In this document: positions 41,896-52,214 of the stretch, one piece after another
How the letters are laid out: each line of letters begins with the position of its first letter
How positions within the stretch are numbered: the first letter of the stretch is position 1
Source of the DNA: an uncultured Planctomycetota bacterium
Lineage (GTDB): Bacteria; Planctomycetota; Planctomycetia; Isosphaerales; Isosphaeraceae
Direction of reading: 5' to 3'
Assembly: GCA_963823665.1 (NCBI GenBank)
Contig: CAWGMQ010000010.1
Span: 1,440,001-1,504,000 of the forward strand
DNA length: 64,000 bases
Program-made: the position numbers and the translations under genes
Notes under the pieces: generated by a model
The model's database searches: none
Told to the model about the DNA's origin: nothing
Seen by the model: the letters and a program-made list of their open reading frames with translations, nothing else

Positions 41896-43789
41896 AGAAA
41901 GGAACCGGGCGCCCAATGAGCCGGATTCTCCGCGAGATACCCCCAGGCCATCTGCAACGCGACGGGCCCGCTCTGGAGATCGAGCCGAACGAACCAAGCA
42001 GGACGACTCGTTGGCCCTGCGTGCGGCTCAGCCCCATGGAGCCAACGGCCGGGTGCACGGGCACCTCAGGGGTTTCGAGCGGCGGCGGCGATCCCAGCGC
42101 GACCCAGAGCGAGAACTGGGCCTGGTCGTAATGCACCAGTGCGCGGATGAGATTGACGCGCGCCTGGGCGAGGAGCGTCAGGCTGTTGAGCACTTCGATC
42201 GGGCGCCCCAGGCCTTGCCGGCTGCGCTCGAAGTCTTCCTTGAATCCGAGCTCGGCTGATGCGAGCTCTTGCCGGGCAACGCCGATCTGGTTCCGCGCGG
42301 CCTGTGCGTCGGCGAGCGAAGCGGCGACCTGGCCGCGGGCGAGGTTGATGGTCCGCGCTTGCTCCGCGGTCATTTCGCCGACGCGAGCGCGGCGCCCTCT
42401 GATCAGCGAGAGGTTGCCTGCGCCCATGTTGAGGAAGGTCCAGTAGAGGCGACAGTCGAAGTCGGTTCGGCCGGCGAAGTTGCCGACGAGCGGAGGAACC
42501 AGATTGCTGCCGCCGCCAAAGGCACCGCCGCTGAACCCCAGCCAGAGCGTGGGCAAGAGCGGCCGGCCGACTTCCTGTTTGAAGTGGGCCTCGGCCTCGG
42601 CGATGGCGGCCGTTCTGGCGGCGATGTCGGGCCGCTGGCGGAGCGCGATTTGCAGCAGCTCGCGTTGCGGAGTTGCGAGATCGACGAGGTCGAGTGGAAT
42701 GAGCGGGCCGCCGGCGGCCTCGAGCCGTGCGGAGGGATCGAGGTTCAAGCGCTTGGCCAATCGGGCGGCCGCGACCGCCAGCTCTTCCTCGGCCTTGAGC
42801 ACGTCGGCCCGTCGCCGTTTCCACTCGGAAAATGCCCGGTTGGCGTCGGAATCGCGACCCTGCCCCACTTCGGCGAAATGCCTGGTGATGTCGACGACGT
42901 CGTGCACCTGCCGTTCCGAGAGGCGCTGGGCCTCGAGGATCGATTGGTTGCCCAGCAGCTCGATGTACAGATTCGCGACCTCGAGCAGGATTTCGTTGGC
43001 TGTCGCCTGTGCATGGAATCTCGAGCCGATCACGCGCTGGGTTGCGGCGAGCGGCTCGTACCAGGCGTCGGTGAGCGGGGTCATGATGTTCACACCGGGC
43101 AGCACCGGCGTTCCGGAGCCGACGACGCCCGCACCAGCGCCCAGATAGAGGGATTGTTCCGAGAGCGAGATGATCTTGCCTGAGACTCGCTGGAGCACGC
43201 CCTCATGCCCATGGTAGCTCACGCCTGAGTTGAGCGAAGGAACGAGCAGCACCCGCGCGGCGAGCTGATTGGCCAGTGCTTCCAGGATGAGGGCCCGTGC
43301 CGCGCCGATCGTGGGATTGGCGGCGTCTGCCAGCCGCAGGGCTGTCGCCAGGTCGATCGGATGCTCCGCAAACGGCAGCGGGATGGAGAACGGAGCGGGC
43401 ACGGTCGACCGATCATCCGTGGCGACGAACACTTGACGCGGTCCCGGCGCTTCGCCTGGAATCGGTGGCACGACAGGCGCAGCATCCTGTTCGGCGCGGG
43501 CGGCCGCGGCTGCTGGCGGGTTCTCAACCGGTGCAGGGGAGCCGGGAGCCTGCTGCCCACGTGCTGCGCTCGTGAATCCGACAGGCTCGACTCCGGGGTC
43601 GAGAGCGCTTCTGGCCATCACACCGCGGCGCGAGGTTCTCGGGTCTGCCGTTTGCCGCTTTGTCGCGCGCGAGTTTGTCGCACAACCGGAGGCCATGGTG
43701 CCACAGATCACAACGAGCAAGAACAACTGCAAGGCGCAGCGATGTCCGCGACTTCCGGCTGTGACGGATTTAGCAGAGCTCATGCACAT
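41606..43789 (-). CDS. TolC/outer-membrane efflux lipoprotein (true 3' end probably near 41900-42050)
   Basis: MASGC lipobox-like, IDLATALRLA...NP, ALRQRPDI, YDQAQFSLWVALG. Confidence 0.85.
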   Translation of the reverse strand: MCMSSAKSVTAGSRGHRCALQLFLLVVICGTMASGCATNSRATKRQTADPRTSRRGVMARSALDPGVEPVGFTSAARGQQAPGSPAPVENPPAAAAARAEQDAAPVVPPIPGEAPGPRQVFVATDDRSTVPAPFSIPLPFAEHPIDLATALRLADAANPTIGAARALILEALANQLAARVLLVPSLNSGVSYHGHEGVLQRVSGKIISLSEQSLYLGAGAGVVGSGTPVLPGVNIMTPLTDAWYEPLAATQRVIGSRFHAQATANEILLEVANLYIELLGNQSILEAQRLSERQVHDVVDITRHFAEVGQGRDSDANRAFSEWKRRRADVLKAEEELAVAAARLAKRLNLDPSARLEAAGGPLIPLDLVDLATPQRELLQIALRQRPDIAARTAAIAEAEAHFKQEVGRPLLPTLWLGFSGGAFGGGSNLVPPLVGNFAGRTDFDCRLYWTFLNMGAGNLSLIRGRRARVGEMTAEQARTINLARGQVAASLADAQAARNQIGVARQELASAELGFKEDFERSRQGLGRPIEVLNSLTLLAQARVNLIRALVHYDQAQFSLWVALGSPPPLETPEVPVHPAVGSMGLSRTQGQRVVLLGSFGSISRAGPSRCRWPGGISRRIRLIGRPVPFFRALPSHIAQPPLRRATTLKHDPGSIRRRRRTRRGLAPGSVHPGTDQPVPWPGTATRRARGPGGCSRGRATGARRGRGRARSLPRSRRPCRTVGAR

Positions 43790-45569
43790 GTCCTATTCTG
43801 TGCAACAGGCAGCGTGAGCTCACCGTACTGCGGCGGCGAATGTTGACCCGTCGCGCGGGGGCGGAATCGGCCGTCGCGTCTGGGGTCGATCTGTGGCTGC
43901 AGTCGGGGCGCCGAGGCGCTTCCGGCATGGCACGGGGCGGAATGTTCCGGGGAGAGACTCCCTCGACCGGGACGGGATGGGCCAGCGAGTTGGCTGGAGG
44001 CTGGCCGAGTGCCACGTACATGCCGAACTGGGCGCGGTTGTAGTCGACGATGGCGTCGACGTATTCGACGCGGGCACTGGCGAGCAGGTCGAAGCTATTC
44101 AAGAGCTCGATCGGCAGGACGTCGCGCGGCCGGTCTGCGGCCAATCCACGAGTCCGTTCCAGGTCCTGGTGGAAGGCGAGGTAGCCGGAGCGGACGGCTT
44201 CCTCGTAGATGCCGATCTGTGCGTAGCGAGCGTGTGCACGCGCATAGGCTTCGGCGACGTCGGCCCGCACGCGGTTCAGGATCTCAACCTGCTGGAACTG
44301 GGCGACTCTGAGCTGGGCATTTGCCGCGCGAATCAAGGCGATGTTGCCGACGCCGAGGTTTTGCACGGTCCAGTACATGATCGCGTCCAGGTCGGTGCGG
44401 CCTCCCAATCCGCTGAAGATTGGGCGGACCAGGTTGCTGCCGCCGCCGAAGGCACCGCCGCTGAAGCCGACGATCGTGGTGGGCGAGAACGGCAGGACCT
44501 TGGCACCATCGAGGTTCAAGAAGGCCGCCGCGATGGCGGCTCGCTGAGCGGCCAGCTCGGGCCGATTGAGCATGGCAATGGCGATCAGCTCGGCTACCGG
44601 GATGGGATCGGGTACGAGCGGTTGCGGGACGACGACCGCGTCGGTGGGATGAAGGCGGATGGAGGGGTCGAGATTGAGCAGGCGGCACAGATTGGCCGAA
44701 GAGACCAGGATCTCGGCCTCGGCGGCCTGGACGTCGGCCTCGCGCCTGGCGAGCTGAGTGGCGGCTCGGTTGGCGTCGGCGGCGCGCCCTAGCCCTGTCT
44801 TGCTGAAGTCGGCGGTGAGCTGCGCGATGATTTTCGCCTCATCCCGAGCCTGCATCTGGGTGGCGCGTCTGCCCTCGGCGCGAAGGAGCTCGCTGTAGGC
44901 CTCGGTGACCCGGAGGAACATCTGGTTGCGCACGGCGATGGATTCGAACTCGCGCTGCCGCACAACTTGTCTGCTCGCCAGGAAAGTGAAGAGCCCGGCT
45001 CCGAGGTTGATGTTCTCGTACACTCCGGGAATATTCACGGTGCCCGACCCCACCGCGTTGGAGCCAGCACCCACGTAAAACGCCGAGCGGTTCAGGGAAA
45101 GTATGTTCCCGTCCGACTGCTGGAGGTTGCCGGTGTGCGAGTCGTAATTGAGACCGGGGTTGATCGACGGCAAGAAATACGCCGCCGCGAGCTGGCGCAT
45201 GGCGGCGGCCTCGAGAACGCGGGTGCGCGCGACGTTGAATTGGGGATTCTGCACATTGGCCAACTGGAGGGCGGTGCTGAGGTTGATTGTCTGGGCCTCG
45301 ACCGCAAGAATCGTGGGCGGCGTCACCGGCGGCGGGGCGACCGCATTGGCAGGCGTGCGTGCGTTTGCGGCGTCCTGCAGCGCCTCCGCGGTTGGCTGCA
45401 GTGGGGGGTTCGGCCGCGCCGGTTGCTGCGCCACCGCGGCTGGCTGGGCGAGCCACAAGCACGAGGCGACAATCCAGGTCGCGTTTTGCAAGAATTGCCT
45501 GATCCGATTCACCGCGGCCTCCTGGGTTCGGCACCTCGGTACCGAGAGCGCGCAATTTGCCGGTTCCAT
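43770..45569 (-). CDS. TolC/outer-membrane efflux protein
   Basis: Paralogue of the adjacent gene (INLSTALQLA..QNP, NRPEL, GFSGGAFGGGSNLV, YNRAQF..YVALG). Confidence 0.88.
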   Translation of the reverse strand: MEPANCALSVPRCRTQEAAVNRIRQFLQNATWIVASCLWLAQPAAVAQQPARPNPPLQPTAEALQDAANARTPANAVAPPPVTPPTILAVEAQTINLSTALQLANVQNPQFNVARTRVLEAAAMRQLAAAYFLPSINPGLNYDSHTGNLQQSDGNILSLNRSAFYVGAGSNAVGSGTVNIPGVYENINLGAGLFTFLASRQVVRQREFESIAVRNQMFLRVTEAYSELLRAEGRRATQMQARDEAKIIAQLTADFSKTGLGRAADANRAATQLARREADVQAAEAEILVSSANLCRLLNLDPSIRLHPTDAVVVPQPLVPDPIPVAELIAIAMLNRPELAAQRAAIAAAFLNLDGAKVLPFSPTTIVGFSGGAFGGGSNLVRPIFSGLGGRTDLDAIMYWTVQNLGVGNIALIRAANAQLRVAQFQQVEILNRVRADVAEAYARAHARYAQIGIYEEAVRSGYLAFHQDLERTRGLAADRPRDVLPIELLNSFDLLASARVEYVDAIVDYNRAQFGMYVALGQPPANSLAHPVPVEGVSPRNIPPRAMPEAPRRPDCSHRSTPDATADSAPARRVNIRRRSTVSSRCLLHRIGHVHELC

Positions 45570-46232
45570 CGGTCTTCATCGTCATTGGGATCGTACGGAC
45601 TTAACGGTATGTTTCGATGTTGCGGGGTGGGATGGCCGCCGAGATTCGTGTGGGAGGCACGCAAAATTGGCGGAACCGATTGATGTGTCGTCAGGTGTAA
45701 GTCCTGATGTAGGCGATTGATTCGTCAATTGGGCTCGAGTTCGAGAAACGGTATCTTTGGACGTAACTTCAAATCCACCAGGCAGTTGACGGCAGGACGG
45801 GCAGGACGGCGGTTTTTGGAGCGGCGCAGCGGTTTCGCACGGGTGGCTGATTCAGCATCATGGGGATTCGATACCCCGGCTAGGGGGAATTCGCGAGATC
45901 GAGTCCTGGAAGCCTCTCCAGGCTGAGATTGTACAGTCACGTCGGCTTCCAGACGGACTCCTCTGTTGGTGTGAGACGTGGGAGAGTGAGCGGCGCGGGA
46001 CCAAGCGAGGCGGAAGAAGATGATGAATGAGATCGAGCGAGTTGCGGGTGTGGCCTCGGTTGTCGAAGCCGGCCCGTCATCCGGCTCTGCGCGGACGTCT
46101 CACCAACGGGGAAGCGGGAGACATGCTGGCCCGGGGCGAAGCGTTACGGAGTTGACACGGTGAACGGCTGCGTTACCATAAAGTGAAGGGATTTCTTGAC
46201 TTTCGGTGGCCGGTGCCAGCATTTATCGAATC

Positions 46233-46562
46233 ATGGCTTCCCGATTGCTGCGAACATGGTTCCTGGTCTTGCTCGGGTTATCCCTGGGCTCGCCTCCATT
46301 GCGCACCCTTCAGCGGGCGGCTGAACGGACTGCCTTCGCCGGAAGCTCAGCGGTTTTCCAACGCAAGCCGACGCGGGCGCGAACGGTCAACCCTCGAATC
46401 GCGACACCGCCCTCGTGGCGAACGAAGTCGGTCGACGTCGCATCGGCCTGCGCTCTGCCCATAACCGGATCTGACGGTGGCTCGCGGCCGGCAGGCTTGG
46501 CGGCTCACCCGGCCCACGCTCAGGCTTACAGCGACCCAGTCTGTCATCCTCTGCGCTGTTAA
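46233..46562 (+). CDS. Small hypothetical protein upstream of the RND gene
   Basis: Signal-like N-terminus; ends CHPLRC. Confidence 0.4.
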   Translation: MASRLLRTWFLVLLGLSLGSPPLRTLQRAAERTAFAGSSAVFQRKPTRARTVNPRIATPPSWRTKSVDVASACALPITGSDGGSRPAGLAAHPAHAQAYSDPVCHPLRC

Positions 46563-46792
46563 CGAACGCGGCTCGCTGGCAATACTGAGTGGACGGTGCG
46601 CGACCGGATGCGTGCTGCGGTCCCGGCAAAACCTGGCCCATCCGCCCTCCACGTGTCGCTCCGGGACGTGCGCGCCGCAGGAGAGCGCTCTAACGCTCTC
46701 CCGCCCTGTGATGTTCCTCCGTGCCTGATATCGCCGCGCCTCGCCGGCAAGAGAGCCTCCGCCCCAAGATTCCCAGTACGAGGAAATCGCAC

Positions 46793-49700
46793 ATGAATGG
46801 CTTGATTCGTGCATCGCTCGGCAATCCGTACGCCGTCACGGTCATGTCGCTGACCTTGATCATCCTGGGCGCGCTTTCCCTGACGATGATTCCGATCGAC
46901 ATCCTGCCGGTGTTCAAGAGCCCTGCCGTGCAGACGTTGACGTTCTACGGCGGCATGTCGGCGGAGAGCATCGCCAACGACATCAGCAATCGCATGGAGC
47001 GCTGGACGGGCCAGGCCAATGGGACGTTGCGGCAGGAGTCGCGATCGATCATCGGGGCCAGCATCGTGCGCAACTATTTCCAGGGCGACGTCGATCCCAA
47101 CGGGGCGCTGACTCAAGTCAACTCGCTGGCACTGGGCGTGATTCCCAACCTGCCGCCGGGCACACTGCCGCCGGTCGTGCTCCCGTTCGACCCGACCGCG
47201 ATGACGCCGGTGTGCATCGTGGCGGTTGACAGCAGCAACCCCGAGAACAACGAGTCGGTGCTCTATGACGTGGGTCGCTATGAAGTTCGTAATATGATCA
47301 TGGGAATACCGGGTGCGGTGGCGCCGGTGGTTTACGGCGGCAAGATCCGGGCGGTGATGGCCTATCTGGATCGCGAGCAGATCCAGGCGCGCGGGCTGTC
47401 GCCCCTGGACATCATGAACAAGCTCGATGCAGCCAACGTGTTCCTGCCCAGCGGCGATGCAAAGATCGGCGACCTCGACTACGTGCTCGACTCCAATTCG
47501 ATGTATCAAGAAATCAGAGACATGGGAGATATTCCGCTCCGCTACGAGAACGGCCGGGCGCTTTATCTCCGCGACGTCGCGACTCCCAAGGATGCCAACT
47601 ATATTCAGACGAACGTGGTGCGGGTCGACGGCAAGCGCGAGGTTTACATTCCGGTCTACCGCCAGCTTGGCGCCAGCACGCTCAAGGTGGTTTCGACATT
47701 GAAGGATTCGCTGCACAGGTTCGAGGAAAAAGTGAGCAAGTCCGGTATCAGCCTGAAGCCGGTCATGGACCAGTCGGTTTACGTCCGGAAGTCGATCGAG
47801 GCCCTGGTGCAGGAAGGGGTGCTGGGAGCGATTCTCTGCTCGTTGGTCATCCTGCTGTTCCTGGGCGAATTGCGGATGACGGCGATTGCGATCATGACGC
47901 TGCCGATCTCGGTCATGGCGTGTTGCGCCTGTCTGTATTTCACAGGCCAGACGATCAACGTGATGACTCTGGCCGGGATGACGCTGGCGATCGGGCCGAT
48001 GATCGACAGCGCCATCATCTGCCTGGAGAATACACATCGGCACCTGGGAATGGGTGCGACCACGCACGAGGCTGCCTTCCTGGGGGCGAGCGAGGTCGCG
48101 ATGCCCGAGCTGGTCTCGACGCTTTGCACGTTCCTGGTGCTTTCACCGCTGGTGTTCACGCCCGGGCTGGGCCAGTTCCTGTTCAAGCCGATGGCGATGG
48201 CCGTTGCGTTCTCGATGATTGCCGCGTACATCCTGTCGCGGACGCTCGTGCCGGCCTGCAGCGCTTTCTGGCTCAAGGCGCACGGGCCGGGACACGGGCA
48301 CGGCACCGGCGGGCACGGCGCGGAGGCACAAGGCGCGCATGCCGCGGACGGGCATGCGACCCCACCGGCTGAGTCGCAAACCTTTCAAATCAACGGCCAC
48401 GGGAACGGCCACGGTGAGGAGGGCCACTCGCCGGGCAAGAAGTGGTGGATTCAGCGAGCGTTTGCGCGGTGGGAGCAGATGATCGAGAGCGGCATCGGCT
48501 ATTACGTGAAGGGGCTCGACGGTGTCCTCAAACATCCGTTCCTGACGATCGGAGTGGCGTTCGGCCTGCTGGCGACAACGCTCGCGGTGATGTGGCCGAT
48601 CATGCGCCGCGATTTCTTCCCCGAGGTCGACGCGGGGGCGTTCGAGATGTACGTCCGCGCCGAGAGCGGCACGCGCATCGAGAAGACCGAACAGCGAATC
48701 AAGGCCGTCGAGGATTTTGTGCGCAAGACCATCGAGAAGGAAGACCTCAAGCTGATTCTCTCCGAGATCGGCGTGACCTCGGACTGGTCGGCCGCATACA
48801 CGCTCAACGCCGGGCCGATGGATGCAGTCGTGAAGATCCAGCTCTCGGATGAGCGGTCGAAATCAGCCCAGGAGTATGTGCATATCCTGCGCACGGTTTT
48901 CGCGCGCGACTCCCGTTTCAGCGACCTCGAATTTGCGTTTGACGCCGGCGGCATGGTTCGCTCGGCCATGAATGAAGGCCGGTCGACGCCGATCTCGATC
49001 CGCGTGACCGGAAAGGACCCGAAGGTCACCGACAAGATCGCCCAGGCGATCAAGGTTGAAGTCAAGAAGATCGACGGCGTCGTCGACGCGCGGGTGATCC
49101 AGCGGCAGAACTATCCGGAGTACCTGATCAACGTCGACCGCGCCAAGGCGGCGGAGCTCGGGCTCTCTCAAGAGCGGATCATGAAATCGGTCGTGGCGGC
49201 GTTCAACTCGAGCATCCAGTTCAACAAGCACAACTTCTGGATCGACCCCAAGAACAAGAACCAGTATTTCGCGGGGGTGCAGTACTACGAAGAAGACATC
49301 AAGAATATCGATACGCTGCTCGACATCCCGATCACGACCGAGCGGCCGGACAAGCCGGTGGAAACGGTCAACCTGCGTACGCTTGTTTCACTCGAGAGGA
49401 CGAGCGTGGCGACGGAGGTGACCCACTACAACATCCAGCCGACGATCGAAGTGACCCTCGGCGTGTACGGCCGCGACCTGGGTCACGTCTCGGACGATGT
49501 ATCCAAAGTGCTGGGCAAGTTTGGAATTCTGGAATCGCCCGGGAAGTGGGAGCCGTATGATCCGAACAACACCAAGGAAAAGGTGCGGGTGCCCGGCTCG
49601 ACGATTCAGTTGAGCGGCGAGTACCTGCGGATGAAGGAGACGTTCAACAGCCTCTTTGGAGGGCTGGGGCTGGCCGCGCTCTTGATTTACTTTTTGATGG

Positions 49701-50152
49701 TTGGGCTCGACAAGTCTTTTGTGGTTCCCCTCTCGGTGATCTCGATCGTGCCGCTGTGCCTGGTGGGCATTTTGCCGGCACTCTATATCACCGGCTCAGC
49801 GGTCAACGTGCAGTCGCTGCTGGGCTTCATTTTCATTGTGGGCATCAAGGTGGCGAACTCGGTGCTCATGACGGATTGTGCCCAGGAGCTGCGGCGTCAC
49901 GAGGGTCTGACGCCGTTCGAGGCCATCCGCAAGGCGGCGGCCCTGCGAGTGCGACCGATCACGATGACGGCACTGGCTGCGTTCTTTGCGCTCATTCCCG
50001 GCGCGATGGCGATCGAGCGCGGCAGTGAGGCGAATGCTCCGCTGGCCCGCGCGATTCTGGGGGGGCTTCTGGCCGGCGAGCCGGCGACCTTGTTCGTGCT
50101 GCCGGTGATCTACACGCTGCTGGTCAGGGATTCGCCCAAGCAACGCGCCTGA
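46793..50152 (+). CDS. RND efflux permease (AcrB/CusA family) with His/Gly-rich loop
   Basis: IPIDILP, GPMIDSAIICLEN, FFPEVDAG, RVRPITMT. Confidence 0.95.
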   Translation: MNGLIRASLGNPYAVTVMSLTLIILGALSLTMIPIDILPVFKSPAVQTLTFYGGMSAESIANDISNRMERWTGQANGTLRQESRSIIGASIVRNYFQGDVDPNGALTQVNSLALGVIPNLPPGTLPPVVLPFDPTAMTPVCIVAVDSSNPENNESVLYDVGRYEVRNMIMGIPGAVAPVVYGGKIRAVMAYLDREQIQARGLSPLDIMNKLDAANVFLPSGDAKIGDLDYVLDSNSMYQEIRDMGDIPLRYENGRALYLRDVATPKDANYIQTNVVRVDGKREVYIPVYRQLGASTLKVVSTLKDSLHRFEEKVSKSGISLKPVMDQSVYVRKSIEALVQEGVLGAILCSLVILLFLGELRMTAIAIMTLPISVMACCACLYFTGQTINVMTLAGMTLAIGPMIDSAIICLENTHRHLGMGATTHEAAFLGASEVAMPELVSTLCTFLVLSPLVFTPGLGQFLFKPMAMAVAFSMIAAYILSRTLVPACSAFWLKAHGPGHGHGTGGHGAEAQGAHAADGHATPPAESQTFQINGHGNGHGEEGHSPGKKWWIQRAFARWEQMIESGIGYYVKGLDGVLKHPFLTIGVAFGLLATTLAVMWPIMRRDFFPEVDAGAFEMYVRAESGTRIEKTEQRIKAVEDFVRKTIEKEDLKLILSEIGVTSDWSAAYTLNAGPMDAVVKIQLSDERSKSAQEYVHILRTVFARDSRFSDLEFAFDAGGMVRSAMNEGRSTPISIRVTGKDPKVTDKIAQAIKVEVKKIDGVVDARVIQRQNYPEYLINVDRAKAAELGLSQERIMKSVVAAFNSSIQFNKHNFWIDPKNKNQYFAGVQYYEEDIKNIDTLLDIPITTERPDKPVETVNLRTLVSLERTSVATEVTHYNIQPTIEVTLGVYGRDLGHVSDDVSKVLGKFGILESPGKWEPYDPNNTKEKVRVPGSTIQLSGEYLRMKETFNSLFGGLGLAALLIYFLMVGLDKSFVVPLSVISIVPLCLVGILPALYITGSAVNVQSLLGFIFIVGIKVANSVLMTDCAQELRRHEGLTPFEAIRKAAALRVRPITMTALAAFFALIPGAMAIERGSEANAPLARAILGGLLAGEPATLFVLPVIYTLLVRDSPKQRA

Positions 50153-50334
50153 CTAGCCGCGCGGCAGCAGGCGGCGGATGCGGCCGCGGCCGACCCGACG
50201 CCCGGCAACGGGTGGAACGAACTCGAAGAAGGCAACGGCGCCGAGCCGACGCACTGAGCGGAGTGCAACGTTCCCAGGGAAGGAGGCGAGAGGTAATATG
50301 GTGGCCATCTTCGATCTTTGAGGGGAATGGATTC

Positions 50335-52212
50335 ATGACCTCGCGGCTTTCTTTGCATGCTCGCCCAGTGCACTCGGAAATCGATCCGGATCGTGAAGCG
50401 GAGAGCGCGGCGGATGATGGCTGGTCCACGCCCGGCGGCATTCCTGTTTCCTTTCATGCGGAGCCGTTCCTGGCGGGGCGCTCGACCGCCGATCCGCGTG
50501 ACCTCTGGCTGCATCAGGAACATGCGCGGTTGAGCCTCTTGCGCGGGTTCGACGAACTGCTGTGCCTGGAAGGTTTGCGCGGCGTCGAGCATCTGCCGCA
50601 TCAGATCGAAACTGTCCGCAAGGTTTTGCGTCATTTTCGCGGCCGGGTGCTGCTGGCCGACGAGGTCGGTTTAGGGAAAACGATCGAGGCGTGTCTGCTG
50701 CTTCGCGAATATCTGCTGCGTGGGATGGCGCGACGGGTGCTCATTCTGGTGCCCGCGCCGCTCGTCACGCAGTGGTACGAGGAATTGAGCAGCAAATTCG
50801 ACTTGGATTTCACCGTTCCGTCAAAGGGAGTGACATCCGAACGAGCCGCGTTCTGGAAGGGGCATGACCGGGTGCTGGCGTCGCTGGCATTCGTCAAGAC
50901 GAAGACGCGCGCGGCGCTCGTGGCGGCTGAGCCCTGGGACCTGGTGATCGTCGACGAGGCACACCACTGCAAGAACCGGGCGACGCTGAACTGGCAACTC
51001 GTCAACTCACTTCAACGGCGGTTCATGTTTCTTCTCTCCGCGACGCCGGTGCAGAACAACCTGCTCGAACTCTACAACTTGCTCACGCTTCTGGCCCCCG
51101 GTCATCTGCGAACGGAAACTGATTTCAAGAAGCAGTATGTCAAGCGCGGCAACCCGCGCGACCCGCGCAACCGCGAGCGGCTGCGATCGCTGCTGGGCGA
51201 GGTCATGGTCCGTAACACACGGAGCCTTGTGCAGCTCAATCTGCCGGCGCGTTATTCCCAGACCATACAGGCCAAGCCTCTTGGTGCCGAAGCCGACTTG
51301 TATCGGAAACTGACTGAGTTCCTGCGACGACGTGGCAGCGGGCTGGTGAATGAAATCGAGCCGAGCGACGAAACGGCGGCCGACCTATTGTGGGACATCG
51401 ATTCCTCGAGCGATGCCGCCGGGATTCCGGCGCGTGTATCGCGCCGGCAGTTGAGCAGCCTGCTCGCCGCGCAAGGCAGTCACCCGGTCGCGGTGGCTGG
51501 ATCGCTCGAGCGAATCGCGCTTGTTGATTCGGAGGCGGCGGCGCTCGCGCGCCTGGCCGCGTCGATCGGTGAGTCGGCGAAGGATGCTCGCTTGCTGGAG
51601 CTGGTCGAGCAGTCGCAAGGCCACAAGCTGTTGATCTTCGTCAATTTTCGCCGCACGCTGGGCCATATCGAAGGTCTGTTGCAGTCGAAAGGGCTGGGGT
51701 TTTCGGTGTTTTCCGGCGAGCAGACGGCTCGGGAAAAAGATGATGCCGTCGCGGCATTTCGCGACCGCGTGCCGATCATGCTCTGTACCGAGTCTGGAGG
51801 CGAGGGACGCAATCTGCAATTCGCCGACACGCTGATCAACTACGATTTACCCTGGAACCCGATGAAGATTGAGCAGCGGATCGGTCGCGTGCATCGCTTC
51901 GGCCAGACACGCGAGGTGTTCGTCTTCAACCTGTGCACAGCCGACTCGCTCGAAGCCCGCATTCTGAATGTGCTGAACGAGAAGATTCGCATGTTCGAGC
52001 TGGTCGTGGGAGAGGTCGGCTCGATCCTGGGCAACCTGGAGGACGGCGATCAGTTCGAGTCGCTGGTGCTCAACCTCTGGCTCCGCTCGCGCGACGATGC
52101 CGAGCTCGAGAAGTCGTTTGTGACCCTGGGCGAGACGCTGCTTGAAGCACAGGAACAGTACGTGCAATCCAAGGAACTGGACGAAGCTCTGTTTGGCGAG
52201 GATTTTCAATAA
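50335..52212 (+). CDS. SNF2-related helicase (YqhH-like)
   Basis: LADEVGLGKT, DEAH, SATP, EGRNLQF, QRIGRVHR. Confidence 0.92.
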   Translation: MTSRLSLHARPVHSEIDPDREAESAADDGWSTPGGIPVSFHAEPFLAGRSTADPRDLWLHQEHARLSLLRGFDELLCLEGLRGVEHLPHQIETVRKVLRHFRGRVLLADEVGLGKTIEACLLLREYLLRGMARRVLILVPAPLVTQWYEELSSKFDLDFTVPSKGVTSERAAFWKGHDRVLASLAFVKTKTRAALVAAEPWDLVIVDEAHHCKNRATLNWQLVNSLQRRFMFLLSATPVQNNLLELYNLLTLLAPGHLRTETDFKKQYVKRGNPRDPRNRERLRSLLGEVMVRNTRSLVQLNLPARYSQTIQAKPLGAEADLYRKLTEFLRRRGSGLVNEIEPSDETAADLLWDIDSSSDAAGIPARVSRRQLSSLLAAQGSHPVAVAGSLERIALVDSEAAALARLAASIGESAKDARLLELVEQSQGHKLLIFVNFRRTLGHIEGLLQSKGLGFSVFSGEQTAREKDDAVAAFRDRVPIMLCTESGGEGRNLQFADTLINYDLPWNPMKIEQRIGRVHRFGQTREVFVFNLCTADSLEARILNVLNEKIRMFELVVGEVGSILGNLEDGDQFESLVLNLWLRSRDDAELEKSFVTLGETLLEAQEQYVQSKELDEALFGEDFQ

Positions 52213-52214
52213 CC

